This document shows positions 1 to 8,277 of a stretch of 64,000 nt of DNA, one piece after another (positions within the stretch are counted from its first letter, which is position 1; every line of letters begins with the position of its first letter). The notes under the pieces are model-generated. The model was not told where the DNA came from and made no database searches. It was given only the letters and a program-made list of their open reading frames with translations. The translations under genes were made by a program, and so were the position numbers. Origin of the DNA: a virus; IMG/VR virus record IMGVR_UViG_3300032323_001387, positions 1 to 64,000 of that record; one strand, written 5' to 3'.

Positions 1-838
1 AGTTGGAGGTGCGGCGCACTTGGTCAACTTCATGGGCACTGACACTATTACTGGTGTCCTCTTCGCTCGTGAGTATTACAACGCTGGCATTGCCGGTTTT
101 AGTATTCCGGCTGCTGAACACAGCACCATAACATCATGGGGTCGTGACGGAGAAGTAGATGCTTACAGAAATATTCTCAATCAATTCGCTAAACCTGGTA
201 GTATCGTTGCTATTGTTTCTGATAGTTATGATATCTTTAACGCCGCCTCCAAACTGTGGGGCGAAGAACTCCGTGAGCAAGTGGTTCAGTCGGGTGCAAC
301 TGTTGTTATTCGTCCTGACAGTGGTGACCCTGTTGATGTTAACCGTAAGCTGGTAGAAATCCTGGGCGAGAAGTTCGGCTACACAGTAAACGCAAAAGGT
401 TTCAAGGTACTGAACAATGTGCGTCTGATTCAAGGTGACGGCATCAACGAGCTTACTGTTCGCAGTATCCTGGGTGCGTTTATGGCCATGGGCTGGAGTG
501 CCGACAATATTGCGTTTGGTATGGGCGGCGCTCTTCTGCAACAAGTTGATCGCGACACACAAAAATTCGCAATGAAGTGTTCGGCAATCGAAATCGGCGA
601 AGGTAACTGGATCAATGTCCAAAAGGATCCCATTACTGATCCTGGTAAAAAGAGCAAAACAGGCTGTGTTACTCTTTGGCGTTCGGGTGGCGAATTTGTA
701 AGTGCCGTTGACAAACCAATCGGTTGGGCGGACCGTAGCATCGGCGACTTTGCTAATGCACTAGAAACTGTTTACTGCGATGGCAAGTTGATCAAGGATT
801 ACTCTTTTGAAGAAGTTCGAGCTAACGCTCGCAGTTAA
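1..838 (+). CDS. nadV: Nicotinamide phosphoribosyltransferase (NAMPT), 5'-truncated by window edge
   Basis: Frame is open from position 2 (VGGAAHLVNFMGTD). Motifs SIPAAEHS, VSDSYD, VIRPDSGDP, IQGDG, FGMGG, RDTQKFAMKC and KDPITDPGKKSK are typical of NAMPT. Confidence 0.93.
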   Translation, partial: VGGAAHLVNFMGTDTITGVLFAREYYNAGIAGFSIPAAEHSTITSWGRDGEVDAYRNILNQFAKPGSIVAIVSDSYDIFNAASKLWGEELREQVVQSGATVVIRPDSGDPVDVNRKLVEILGEKFGYTVNAKGFKVLNNVRLIQGDGINELTVRSILGAFMAMGWSADNIAFGMGGALLQQVDRDTQKFAMKCSAIEIGEGNWINVQKDPITDPGKKSKTGCVTLWRSGGEFVSAVDKPIGWADRSIGDFANALETVYCDGKLIKDYSFEEVRANARS

Positions 839-854
839 ATTGGTAAAATAGGCG

Positions 855-872
855 GTAGGCAGAAATGCCTAC
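855..872 (+). terminator. Hairpin after NAMPT (possible terminator) overlapping a weak promoter
   Basis: GTAGGCA-GAAA-TGCCTAC perfect 7-bp stem with GNRA loop and a weak U tract. TATAAT at 879-884 with TAGGCA 17 bp upstream. Confidence 0.45.
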
Positions 873-916
873 TTCCTGTATAATAGACATATTAATAACA
901 ACCTAAGGCAACGATT

Positions 917-2023
917 ATGGCATACTTTCTAAAATCTGGCAACACCTTCACAGTCTCTAGCAAAGAGGCAATGGACCTGCATGAGGTTCTGCCAGCAGGT
1001 AACTATGTGGTTAAGCAGAACCCAATGAACAAGCAGTTCTACCTCGAGCAAATCGACAACTTTGAGATCAAAGGCAAGCTCTATGGTAATACAACTCGCC
1101 ACGCAGATCGTATTCTCAACACTTTCAAGGATCGCGGTGCCAGCACTGGTGTCATGCTGACTGGTGAAAAAGGTAGTGGTAAGACTCTCTTGACCAAACA
1201 GATCAGTATCAACGCCGCCACTGAAGGTATTCCTACTATTGTTATCAATGCGCCTTGGTGTGGCGATAACTTCAACAGTTTTATGCAGACAATCGACCAG
1301 TCTTGTGTGATCCTGTTTGACGAGTTTGAAAAGGTCTACGACAAAGAACAGCAAGAGGCTATTCTAACTCTCTTGGACGGTGTGTACCCCAGCAAGAAAT
1401 TGTTCCTGCTGACTTGTAACGACAAGTGGCGTGTGGACCAGCATATGCGTAACCGGCCTGGTCGTATCTTCTACATGATTGACTTTAAAGGCCTGGATAC
1501 AGAGTTCGTGCGCGAGTACTGCGAAGATAACCTCTTGAACAAGGAGCACATCAATGCGGTCTGTAATATCAGCACTATCTTTAACCAGTTCAACTTTGAC
1601 ATGCTAAAGGCCATGGTAGAGGATATGAACCGTTACGGTGAAACTCCGCAGGAAGTTATCAAGCTATTGAACGCCAAGCCCGAGTTCAGCAGTGATGTCA
1701 AGTTCGATGTCGCTCTGCAGGTAAAGGGTCTGGACATCGAACTCACTGACCTCAGCAATAAGGTCTGGAATGGTAACCCACTGACAGACGAAGCTGAAAT
1801 CAGCTGGAAGAACTATGAGTCAGATGACGGCGATGCACCTGAGCCTGCAATCGATGGCGCTAGTGTTACTCGCAACTGGAACTGGGATTATGCTTGTTTT
1901 GGTCCCAAAGACCTGCTCAAGGTCGATGCACAGAACAGCAAATTTATCTTTGTCAACGAAGATGGCGAGCGACTGGTACTTACTCGTGCAAAGGAACGAG
2001 TGTTCCACTACGATGCATTCTGA
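917..2023 (+). CDS. AAA+ ATPase
   Basis: Walker A GEKGSGKT, Walker B ILFDEFEK, sensor LTCN, arginine finger NRPGR. Confidence 0.88.
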   Translation: MAYFLKSGNTFTVSSKEAMDLHEVLPAGNYVVKQNPMNKQFYLEQIDNFEIKGKLYGNTTRHADRILNTFKDRGASTGVMLTGEKGSGKTLLTKQISINAATEGIPTIVINAPWCGDNFNSFMQTIDQSCVILFDEFEKVYDKEQQEAILTLLDGVYPSKKLFLLTCNDKWRVDQHMRNRPGRIFYMIDFKGLDTEFVREYCEDNLLNKEHINAVCNISTIFNQFNFDMLKAMVEDMNRYGETPQEVIKLLNAKPEFSSDVKFDVALQVKGLDIELTDLSNKVWNGNPLTDEAEISWKNYESDDGDAPEPAIDGASVTRNWNWDYACFGPKDLLKVDAQNSKFIFVNEDGERLVLTRAKERVFHYDAF

Positions 2024-2083
2024 TAATTGACACAAATTGGTTTTGGCGTTATAATTGATACATAGCGTAACAAAACAGGAGTT
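2024..2083 (+). repeat. 60-bp promoter+RBS cassette, copy 1
   Basis: 56/60 identical to 2363-2422. Contains TTGACA(2027)-17bp-TATAAT(2050) and AGGAG. Confidence 0.92.
2027..2055 (+). promoter_or_regulatory. Consensus sigma70 early promoter
   Basis: TTGACA-N17-TATAAT. Confidence 0.9.
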
Positions 2084-2086
2084 GAA

Positions 2087-2365
2087 ATGTCGTATGTAAT
2101 CGTTGCTAGAGGTACAGGACTTATCGTAACTGATGGTCCTAATAAAACTAAAGCTTACAAAACTTACAGCGCCGCTCGTGCTACTCGCACTCGTCTCTGC
2201 AACAAAGCAGGTTGGAATGCCGGTGATTTGAGCATTGTTGATTATGCTACATATCGTGCTCCTAAAATCACTGTTAAAAATCTAATGACGGGCAAGGATG
2301 TAGAGATTGATGCTGATACTCCTTGGTCCTGCCGAGTCGACAGCGAATCGTTTTGGTGTAATTAA
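2087..2365 (+). CDS. Hypothetical early protein
   Basis: Own promoter and AGGAG RBS; 92 aa. Confidence 0.85.
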   Translation: MSYVIVARGTGLIVTDGPNKTKAYKTYSAARATRTRLCNKAGWNAGDLSIVDYATYRAPKITVKNLMTGKDVEIDADTPWSCRVDSESFWCN

Positions 2366-2422
2366 TTGACACAAATTGGTTTTGGTGTTATAATATATAC
2401 ATAACGTAACAAAACAGGAGTT
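2363..2422 (+). repeat. 60-bp promoter+RBS cassette, copy 2
   Basis: 56/60 identical to 2024-2083. Confidence 0.92.
2366..2394 (+). promoter_or_regulatory. Consensus sigma70 early promoter
   Basis: TTGACA-N17-TATAAT. Confidence 0.9.
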
Positions 2423-2426
2423 AAAG

Positions 2427-2777
2427 ATGACAGCTACAGCACTCAAGAAGTTTACTGCAATCGCAGAGCAAGCTCAAGCACAAATCGACAAGTTCAAAAC
2501 AGAACTGGACAAAGATCCTGCTTATGCACTTAGCTGGGGCAATGGTGTGTTCCAAAGTGCCGCTCGTCTCAAGGTAGCAAAGATGCTGGTCTATGCGTTT
2601 ACCGAGCGTGAAGGCGACACAGTATGCACCATTGAGCAAGCCCGTGACACTCTCCTGGATCGTGTTATGAACAAGGCTCGTTATCCTGCACAAAGCACCA
2701 GCCCCACCAGCAACCTGATGGAACAGTACGAAGCTGCCGCGTATGCTGAAGCTCTGGACGAACTCAAATACATGTAA
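2427..2777 (+). CDS. Hypothetical early protein (helical)
   Basis: Own promoter and AGGAG RBS; 116 aa. Confidence 0.85.
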   Translation: MTATALKKFTAIAEQAQAQIDKFKTELDKDPAYALSWGNGVFQSAARLKVAKMLVYAFTEREGDTVCTIEQARDTLLDRVMNKARYPAQSTSPTSNLMEQYEAAAYAEALDELKYM

Positions 2778-2790
2778 TCAAGGAATTGAT

Positions 2791-3033
2791 ATGATCAACA
2801 TCGACGGATTGACCCAAGAGCAATGTGATATGTTGGATATCATTTGGAGTTTTAAGACTCACGATGAATATATCAACTGGTTGGAATGCTTGGACGACAG
2901 CGAATTTAACATGGCTCATGGTCTCATGGAACTGTTGGCTTTGGCTATCATCGACGAAGCTTTGGAAGCCAAAAAGGCAGATCCTTACAAAGAAGCAAAA
3001 CAAGTTATCAATCGAATCAAAAAATTGACATAA
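2791..3033 (+). CDS. Hypothetical acidic protein
   Basis: Start moved to ATG 2791, after the AAGGAA RBS. Confidence 0.75.
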   Translation: MINIDGLTQEQCDMLDIIWSFKTHDEYINWLECLDDSEFNMAHGLMELLALAIIDEALEAKKADPYKEAKQVINRIKKLT

Positions 3034-3053
3034 AATAAATAATCCATTATAAT
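3025..3053 (+). promoter_or_regulatory. Consensus sigma70 promoter
   Basis: TTGACA-N17-TATAAT. Confidence 0.85.
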
Positions 3054-3073
3054 ATGGATTGTTAGGAAGAATT

Positions 3074-3238
3074 ATGAAACGAGAAATCATCACTGCTAAA
3101 GTTCCAAAACAGAAGCGCCGTGCTGACTTCTTGTTCCATGATGGGCAGTTCAAACCAAAGAGTGTTCAAAGTAAAATTTTGTATAATCGTAAAAAATTAT
3201 CAAAGTTTGATATTGACACAAATTGGAAGAATTGCTAA
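3074..3238 (+). CDS. Small basic protein, ArfA-like motif (54 aa, not in ORF track)
   Basis: MKREIITAKVPKQKRRADFLFHDGQFKPKSVQSKILYNRKKLSKFDIDTNWKNC. AGGA RBS and a dedicated promoter. Confidence 0.7.
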   Translation: MKREIITAKVPKQKRRADFLFHDGQFKPKSVQSKILYNRKKLSKFDIDTNWKNC

Positions 3239-3241
3239 AAT
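3213..3241 (+). promoter_or_regulatory. sigma70 promoter with extended -10
   Basis: TTGACA-CAAATTGG..-N17-TAAAAT preceded by TGn. Confidence 0.75.
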
Positions 3242-3307
3242 AACGGTATGATGAGCAATGGTGCAAGTCATACATTTTACACACACAGAGAAAAGGTAAA
3301 TTTCAAA

Positions 3308-3565
3308 ATGGCTACTTCTAAAACTTTCAAAGTTATCGGCGTTTCAACTCTTGCAGGCAAAACTAAAGTTCGCTTTGCCAACGATCTCGCCACTCGTATT
3401 AAGAACTTGGTCAAGAACGGCCACACCAATGTTGAGCTGTTTGAGCTCCCAGAGGCTATGACCAAAGAAGCGGGCTTGGCTTATGCTCGCGCAAACTCCT
3501 TGTTTGCAGTCCCAGCAGATACAGATACATCTGCTGAAGATGTTATTGCCGCAGTTAACGAGTGA
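3308..3565 (+). CDS. Hypothetical protein
   Basis: Start moved to ATG 3308 (AAGGT RBS); followed by a terminator. Confidence 0.8.
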   Translation: MATSKTFKVIGVSTLAGKTKVRFANDLATRIKNLVKNGHTNVELFELPEAMTKEAGLAYARANSLFAVPADTDTSAEDVIAAVNE

Positions 3566-3578
3566 TAGCATAATATAT

Positions 3579-3610
3579 GCAGGGGTGTTCTGCCCCTGCC
3601 TTTTAATTTT
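3579..3610 (+). terminator. Rho-independent terminator
   Basis: GCAGGGG-N7-CCCCTGC followed by CTTTTAATTTT. Confidence 0.7.
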
Positions 3611-3623
3611 ATAAGGAAGTGTG

Positions 3624-3851
3624 ATGCTGACTAAACAAGAGATAGAATATATACAGGCTGCGCCTGCTCCTGGCATAGTATTCCAAACATTAAATGATAT
3701 ATTACAGTGGGAAGGTTGGAACAGCCCAACTCACAAAGGCTGGGTCTGCTGGTCTGTAGAACAAAGCCTAATTGCCAAAGGCATACTTGTTAAAGTAAGT
3801 GGCGGCCGTGGCCGTGGCCATAAAAATCATTTCATGTTAAAAGCCTTTTAA
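3624..3851 (+). CDS. Hypothetical protein
   Basis: AAGGAAG RBS. Flanked by the 14-bp direct repeat AAGGAAGTGTGATG (3613-3626, 3851-3864). Confidence 0.7.
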   Translation: MLTKQEIEYIQAAPAPGIVFQTLNDILQWEGWNSPTHKGWVCWSVEQSLIAKGILVKVSGGRGRGHKNHFMLKAF

Positions 3852-3861
3852 AGGAAGTGTG

Positions 3862-4080
3862 ATGAGCAGACTTCAATTGCATGGCCGTCAGTTTGTAGTG
3901 TTTGATGCAAAAAACAGACAACACAGACAATGGTTTGCAGAGTTTAACAAATCCGGAGCATGGGGCAAGTGTCCAGTTCGGTTTGTAGTAAACGATGATC
4001 ATGGCGACTTAATCACCATGATCCAACGTGAATTGATTCAACATTATGTTGACAAAGAATTTAAATCCAACAAAAAATAA
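3862..4080 (+). CDS. Hypothetical protein
   Basis: AAGGAAG RBS; 72 aa. Confidence 0.75.
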   Translation: MSRLQLHGRQFVVFDAKNRQHRQWFAEFNKSGAWGKCPVRFVVNDDHGDLITMIQRELIQHYVDKEFKSNKK

Positions 4081-4081
4081 T

Positions 4082-4195
4082 ATGACCCAACCTGTAGTAA
4101 AACCCAAAGATGGTGACAAAGTTCGTAGTTCAACTGGCGGCACGATCACTTATACAAAGACAGGCTTGATCCATACAATGTCTAAGAATCGTTAA
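4082..4195 (+). CDS. Small hypothetical protein (37 aa, not in ORF track)
   Basis: MTQPVVKPKDGDKVRSSTGGTITYTKTGLIHTMSKNR. Exactly fills the gap between the upstream stop and the next promoter. Confidence 0.6.
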   Translation: MTQPVVKPKDGDKVRSSTGGTITYTKTGLIHTMSKNR

Positions 4196-4224
4196 TTGAC
4201 ACAAATTGCGATTTCAGGTATAAT
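4196..4224 (+). promoter_or_regulatory. Consensus sigma70 early promoter
   Basis: TTGACA-CAAATTG..-N17-TATAAT, followed by a leader similar to the 60-bp cassette (..TAACAAAAGGAGTT). Confidence 0.9.
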
Positions 4225-4254
4225 ATACACATAGTTTAACAAAAGGAGTTAGTA

Positions 4255-5364
4255 ATGGCAAAACGTGAACAAGCAAGTGAAGCCCGTACAGTAAAAATTA
4301 GCGAAGCAAAGCGGTACATCCGCCGCGCTATGAAATCTAAGCGACCCGTATTTCTTTGGGGTCCTCCAGGCGTAGGTAAATCCGACCTTGCCGCACAATT
4401 GGCAGAAGACATGGGCGGCGCTCTTATCGACGTTCGTTTGAACTTGTGGGAACCTACAGACATTAAAGGCATTCCATATTACAATGCCAAAGAGAATGTA
4501 ATGAGCTGGGCTCCTCCAGCAGAACTGCCCACTAAAGAGTTTGCTAAGAAGCATCCTGTGGTTGTGCTGTTCTTGGACGAACTGGCTGGCGCGGCTCCTG
4601 CTGTTCAGGCTGCGGCTTATCAGCTGATTCTGAACCGTAAAGTTGGCACTTACGAACTGCCAGACAATGTCGTTATTATGGCGGCAGGTAACCGAATGTC
4701 AGACAAAGGTGTGACTTATCGTATGCCTACTCCACTGGCTAACCGCTTTGTTCACTTTGAACTGCGAGTTGACTTTGCAGACTGGAACGTATGGGCTCTT
4801 AAGAACCGTATCCATCCAGACGTCGTTGGTTACTTGAACTACCAAAAAGGTGACCTGTACAACTTTGATCCTACAGTTCATGACCGTAGCTTTGCAACTC
4901 CACGTAGCTGGATGTTCGTGTCAGATCTCATCGACGATGAAATGACCGACAACGAGCAGACAGATATGGTCTCAGGTTGTATTGGCGAAGGCTTGGCAAT
5001 TAAGTTTATGGCTCATCGTAAGATCAGCGCAGACTTGCCTAACCCCGCAGACATTCTGTCAGGTAAAGTTAAAGAGCTCAAAGTTAAAGAAGTGTCCGCT
5101 ATGTACTCTTTGACCACTGGTATGTGCTACGAGCTCAAAGACAACTATGAGAATGCTAAGAAGTCTGGCAAGCTGGATACATGGCATACTAACTGCGAAA
5201 ACTTTATCCAGTTTATGATGGATAACTTTGAAGCAGAGATGGTTATTATGGGTGCCCATACTGCCCTTAAGAACTATAACTTGCCATTCGACCATAAGAA
5301 GCTGAAGAACTTCCCAGACTTCTTCAAGCGTTATGCTCACTTGGTAGTTGATGTCAGCAACTGA
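4255..5364 (+). CDS. MoxR-like / dynein-related AAA+ ATPase
   Basis: GPPGVGKS, LFLDEL, AAGN, PLANRF and TPRSW motifs; paired with a vWA protein. Confidence 0.9.
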   Translation: MAKREQASEARTVKISEAKRYIRRAMKSKRPVFLWGPPGVGKSDLAAQLAEDMGGALIDVRLNLWEPTDIKGIPYYNAKENVMSWAPPAELPTKEFAKKHPVVVLFLDELAGAAPAVQAAAYQLILNRKVGTYELPDNVVIMAAGNRMSDKGVTYRMPTPLANRFVHFELRVDFADWNVWALKNRIHPDVVGYLNYQKGDLYNFDPTVHDRSFATPRSWMFVSDLIDDEMTDNEQTDMVSGCIGEGLAIKFMAHRKISADLPNPADILSGKVKELKVKEVSAMYSLTTGMCYELKDNYENAKKSGKLDTWHTNCENFIQFMMDNFEAEMVIMGAHTALKNYNLPFDHKKLKNFPDFFKRYAHLVVDVSN

Positions 5365-5371
5365 TATTGAC

Positions 5372-5432
5372 GTGGGACTCTTGTCCCACTTAACGTCTAA
5401 GACTATAGACAAGGAAAGGGGTGTCCCTTTCC
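5372..5432 (+). other. Three tandem RNA hairpins in intergenic gap
   Basis: GTGGGAC-tctt-GTCCCAC; GTCTA-agacta-TAGAC; GGAAAGGG-gtgt-CCCTTTCC. Confidence 0.55.
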
Positions 5433-5440
5433 GGTCTGAA

Positions 5441-5716
5441 ATGTTGGAGTTGGTCTATGGTGATATGGACTATATGAGAAGTGTGCTTGGTCCAGGTAAA
5501 ATCACTAGAGACCTTATCATTGACTATTTCGACAACGCCACTGTAACTTGGCCTAAAGTAGACTATACTAAAGGCAAAACAAGACTAGAGTTAGTCAGGT
5601 GGTGCAAGTCGATGAATATCAAAGCCTTACATTATTATGCTCCAATGGGTCAAAAGATTATTTGGTTTAAGGAATCTGAAACGGCTTTTCTTTGTCGTTT
5701 AAGATTTGGTCTTTAA
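5441..5716 (+). CDS. Hypothetical protein
   Basis: Probable start ATG 5441 (MLELVYG...) downstream of the hairpins; its stop abuts the next promoter. Confidence 0.65.
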   Translation: MLELVYGDMDYMRSVLGPGKITRDLIIDYFDNATVTWPKVDYTKGKTRLELVRWCKSMNIKALHYYAPMGQKIIWFKESETAFLCRLRFGL

Positions 5717-5745
5717 TTGACACAAATTCAATTTGGCTATATAAT
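5717..5745 (+). promoter_or_regulatory. Consensus sigma70 early promoter
   Basis: TTGACA-CAAATT..-N17-TATAAT. Confidence 0.88.
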
Positions 5746-5768
5746 ATATACATTAGTAAGGAATACAT

Positions 5769-6983
5769 ATGAAACTAGATGTCCGAGACCGTTTAACTAA
5801 AGCTCGTGTTAAGATGCTACTCAAGCATCCTTTCTGGGGTAACTTGGCTACCCGCATGAAAATTGTAGAAGCAGGAGATTGGTGCAAGACTGCGGCAACA
5901 GATGGTCGCCACTTTTACTACTGCGAAGAATTTATTAACTCACTGGACGATGATGAACTAGTGTTTCTATTTGGACACGAAGTTGGACATTGTGTTTATA
6001 ATCACATGGGACGTCGTGGAGACCGTGATCCGCAAATTTGGAACATGGCAGGCGACTTTCTCATCAACGACATGTTGATTCAAAATAACGTGGGTAAGAA
6101 GATTACTAAGGTGCCAATTCTTTGGGATCCTAAATATCGCGACATGACAGCCGAAGAAGTCTACGATGAGCTAGTCAAAAATGCTGTTAAAATCCAAGTT
6201 ACTTTGGACATGCACTTGGATGGTTCAGGCCAAGAAGGCGATGAAGACGGTGAAGGTAAAGCCAAAGGCAAAGGTAGCGATGGCAAGTCTGGTAACTCAG
6301 GCATCAAAATTGATGAAGAGACCATGAAGAAGATCCGAGATGAAGTCAAGGAAGCTGTTCTTCAAAGTGCCCAAGCCGCAGGTGCTGGCAATACTCCAGT
6401 TGGCATCAAACGTTTGATCCAACAATTTACTGCTCCTAAAATGCGTTGGCAGGATCTGTTGCAGATCCAATTGGAATCTAGTTTGAAGAATAACTATTCT
6501 TTTACTAGACCTAGCCGCAAAGCTTGGCATACAGGTGCAGTACTGCCAGGTATGTTGCCAGCGGAACATTTGGATGTTTGCATTGCTATTGACATGTCAG
6601 GTAGTATCAGCGAAAGCATGGCACAAGACTTTTTGTCAGAAGTTAAAGGCATGATGGACATGTACACGACTTATAGTATTCATGTTTTTTGCTTTGACAC
6701 AGAAGTGTACAATCCCGTAACATTTACAGACGACAGCGGTGATGATATTCATGAGTATGAGCCACAGGGTGGCGGTGGTACTGACTTTGATTGTGCATTC
6801 CAGTACATGAAAGACAATGACATTGCCCCTAAGCAATTCGTAATGTTTACAGACGGATATCCGTTCGGTAGTTGGGGTGATAAAGATTACTGCGACACTA
6901 TCTTCATTGTGCATGGCAATGACCAAATTGAAGCCCCATTTGGTGTTACTGCACACTATGAATTGGATAAAGTCACAGCATAA
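5769..6983 (+). CDS. Metallopeptidase-like + vWA domain protein (DUF2201-type), MoxR partner
   Basis: TAATDG, HEVGH (HExxH), MIDAS DMSGS, GGGGT, FTDG. Confidence 0.88.
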   Translation: MKLDVRDRLTKARVKMLLKHPFWGNLATRMKIVEAGDWCKTAATDGRHFYYCEEFINSLDDDELVFLFGHEVGHCVYNHMGRRGDRDPQIWNMAGDFLINDMLIQNNVGKKITKVPILWDPKYRDMTAEEVYDELVKNAVKIQVTLDMHLDGSGQEGDEDGEGKAKGKGSDGKSGNSGIKIDEETMKKIRDEVKEAVLQSAQAAGAGNTPVGIKRLIQQFTAPKMRWQDLLQIQLESSLKNNYSFTRPSRKAWHTGAVLPGMLPAEHLDVCIAIDMSGSISESMAQDFLSEVKGMMDMYTTYSIHVFCFDTEVYNPVTFTDDSGDDIHEYEPQGGGGTDFDCAFQYMKDNDIAPKQFVMFTDGYPFGSWGDKDYCDTIFIVHGNDQIEAPFGVTAHYELDKVTA

Positions 6984-6997
6984 AAAACTAAGTTTTT

Positions 6998-7023
6998 ATA
7001 GACCCTTCGGGGTCTATTTTTTT
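6998..7023 (+). terminator. Rho-independent terminator with cUUCGg loop
   Basis: ATAGACCC-TTCG-GGGTCTAT followed by a T run. Confidence 0.9.
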
Positions 7024-7070
7024 GACTTTGTAATTTAGTTAGTGTATAATAAGACTATGTACTATAAATA
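7022..7070 (+). promoter_or_regulatory. Tandem sigma70 promoter and T4-type late box
   Basis: TTGACT(7022)-N17-TATAAT(7045), plus TATAAATA at 7063-7070. Confidence 0.7.
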
Positions 7071-7103
7071 TTTATGGTATATTATTATAGGAGTTACCAA
7101 AAA

Positions 7104-7322
7104 ATGAATATTCAAGATTTATCTATTTTGCTTGCGGCTGTTGAGTTGGCTGTTAAGCGTGGCACATTCAGCATTTTTGAAATCGGTGCTGTTGGCCAAA
7201 CTGCGGAAAAGCTAGCCGCATTCCTTAAGGATGCTAACGAGCAAGCTGAAGCTGCCAAAGCTGCCGCTGATCAAGCTAGTGCAGAAGGTCAACCTGCTCC
7301 AGAAGCCGGACAAGGCGCCTAA
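7104..7322 (+). CDS. Hypothetical protein, Ala/Glu-rich tail
   Basis: AGGAG RBS before ATG 7104. Confidence 0.8.
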   Translation: MNIQDLSILLAAVELAVKRGTFSIFEIGAVGQTAEKLAAFLKDANEQAEAAKAAADQASAEGQPAPEAGQGA

Positions 7323-7335
7323 TTAGGAGATTACT

Positions 7336-7938
7336 ATGCCCGAATTTATCAAGCATGTTGGGCAGGTAAACGGCACAGGCAAGAAGTGTGTAGTAGTGTT
7401 CAGAGAAATCCCGGGTGCTACTGATTCTTGCCTTGTTGTTGAAACTGAAACATTGCCACAATTATATCATGATGATGTGATTTCTGCTGTTGAAAGTGAC
7501 GCGGCACAGGAAGACATGGATTTCTTTAAGTATGCTACACGTAGCACTCTTCATGATGGTAGAAATATGCTGGAAGCTATGCACCTAAGTGGTTGGATGA
7601 AAAAACTTCCTACCAGCGAAGTCACTATGTTACCAACTAGAGAAATTAAGATTAGCTTACATGATCTTAATAAACAATTATCATCTTTAAGCAACGACGG
7701 CAGAACAACCAGCGGAGATATCTCTGCCGAAGAGCCAAGCACCCCACCAGGTGTACTCGACGATGTAAAGATTGCTAACCAAATGCGTAGTCAAGCGGCA
7801 TACTTCCACAAAGAAGCACAACGTTTACTAGCAGAAGCTGAAGCACTTGATCCAAGTAAAACTAAAACTACTGTTAAAGAAACTGTTACCGCAGAACCAG
7901 AGGTTAAAGTTAAAAGAAAATATACTAAAAAAAAGTAA
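7336..7938 (+). CDS. Hypothetical protein with basic C-terminal tail
   Basis: AGGAG RBS; 200 aa; ends KVKRKYTKKK. Confidence 0.8.
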   Translation: MPEFIKHVGQVNGTGKKCVVVFREIPGATDSCLVVETETLPQLYHDDVISAVESDAAQEDMDFFKYATRSTLHDGRNMLEAMHLSGWMKKLPTSEVTMLPTREIKISLHDLNKQLSSLSNDGRTTSGDISAEEPSTPPGVLDDVKIANQMRSQAAYFHKEAQRLLAEAEALDPSKTKTTVKETVTAEPEVKVKRKYTKKK

Positions 7939-7954
7939 TTAAGGAACCCACGAC

Positions 7955-8254
7955 ATGGCAATTAGGCGAAAGGATCGAAGTTTTGAAGAGATCCTTAAAG
8001 ATGTGGTCATGGAAGAAGTTCCAATAGAATACATCACACACATTCAACTAAAATTGAATGACGGGAATACTTTAGAATTTAGTCAAGAAGAACTGTCGGG
8101 CATGAAAGATGCTCGTGAAGTTTTGAAGGCACAGGGGCTTGAACATTTGAGGGAAAGTGTACAGGACATCGAAGTTTTTATCGATAGTGCTAAGATTAAA
8201 GGCAAGGTTATTCAATATGTGAAAACTTTATTAACAAGCCAATTTGGCGAGTAA
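7955..8254 (+). CDS. Hypothetical protein
   Basis: AAGGA RBS; 99 aa. Confidence 0.8.
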   Translation: MAIRRKDRSFEEILKDVVMEEVPIEYITHIQLKLNDGNTLEFSQEELSGMKDAREVLKAQGLEHLRESVQDIEVFIDSAKIKGKVIQYVKTLLTSQFGE

Positions 8255-8277
8255 TAATCACTAAAGTACTATAATAC

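Noticed and set aside
855-884. N4-type hairpin promoter
   Set aside because: Single instance with a 4-nt GNRA loop; better explained as a terminator or RNA hairpin beside a sigma70 -10.
2024-5745. Repeats as a CRISPR array or integron attC sites
   Set aside because: The repeats are promoter/RBS sequences separated by whole genes of variable length. No cas or integrase gene and no attC-like palindromes are present.
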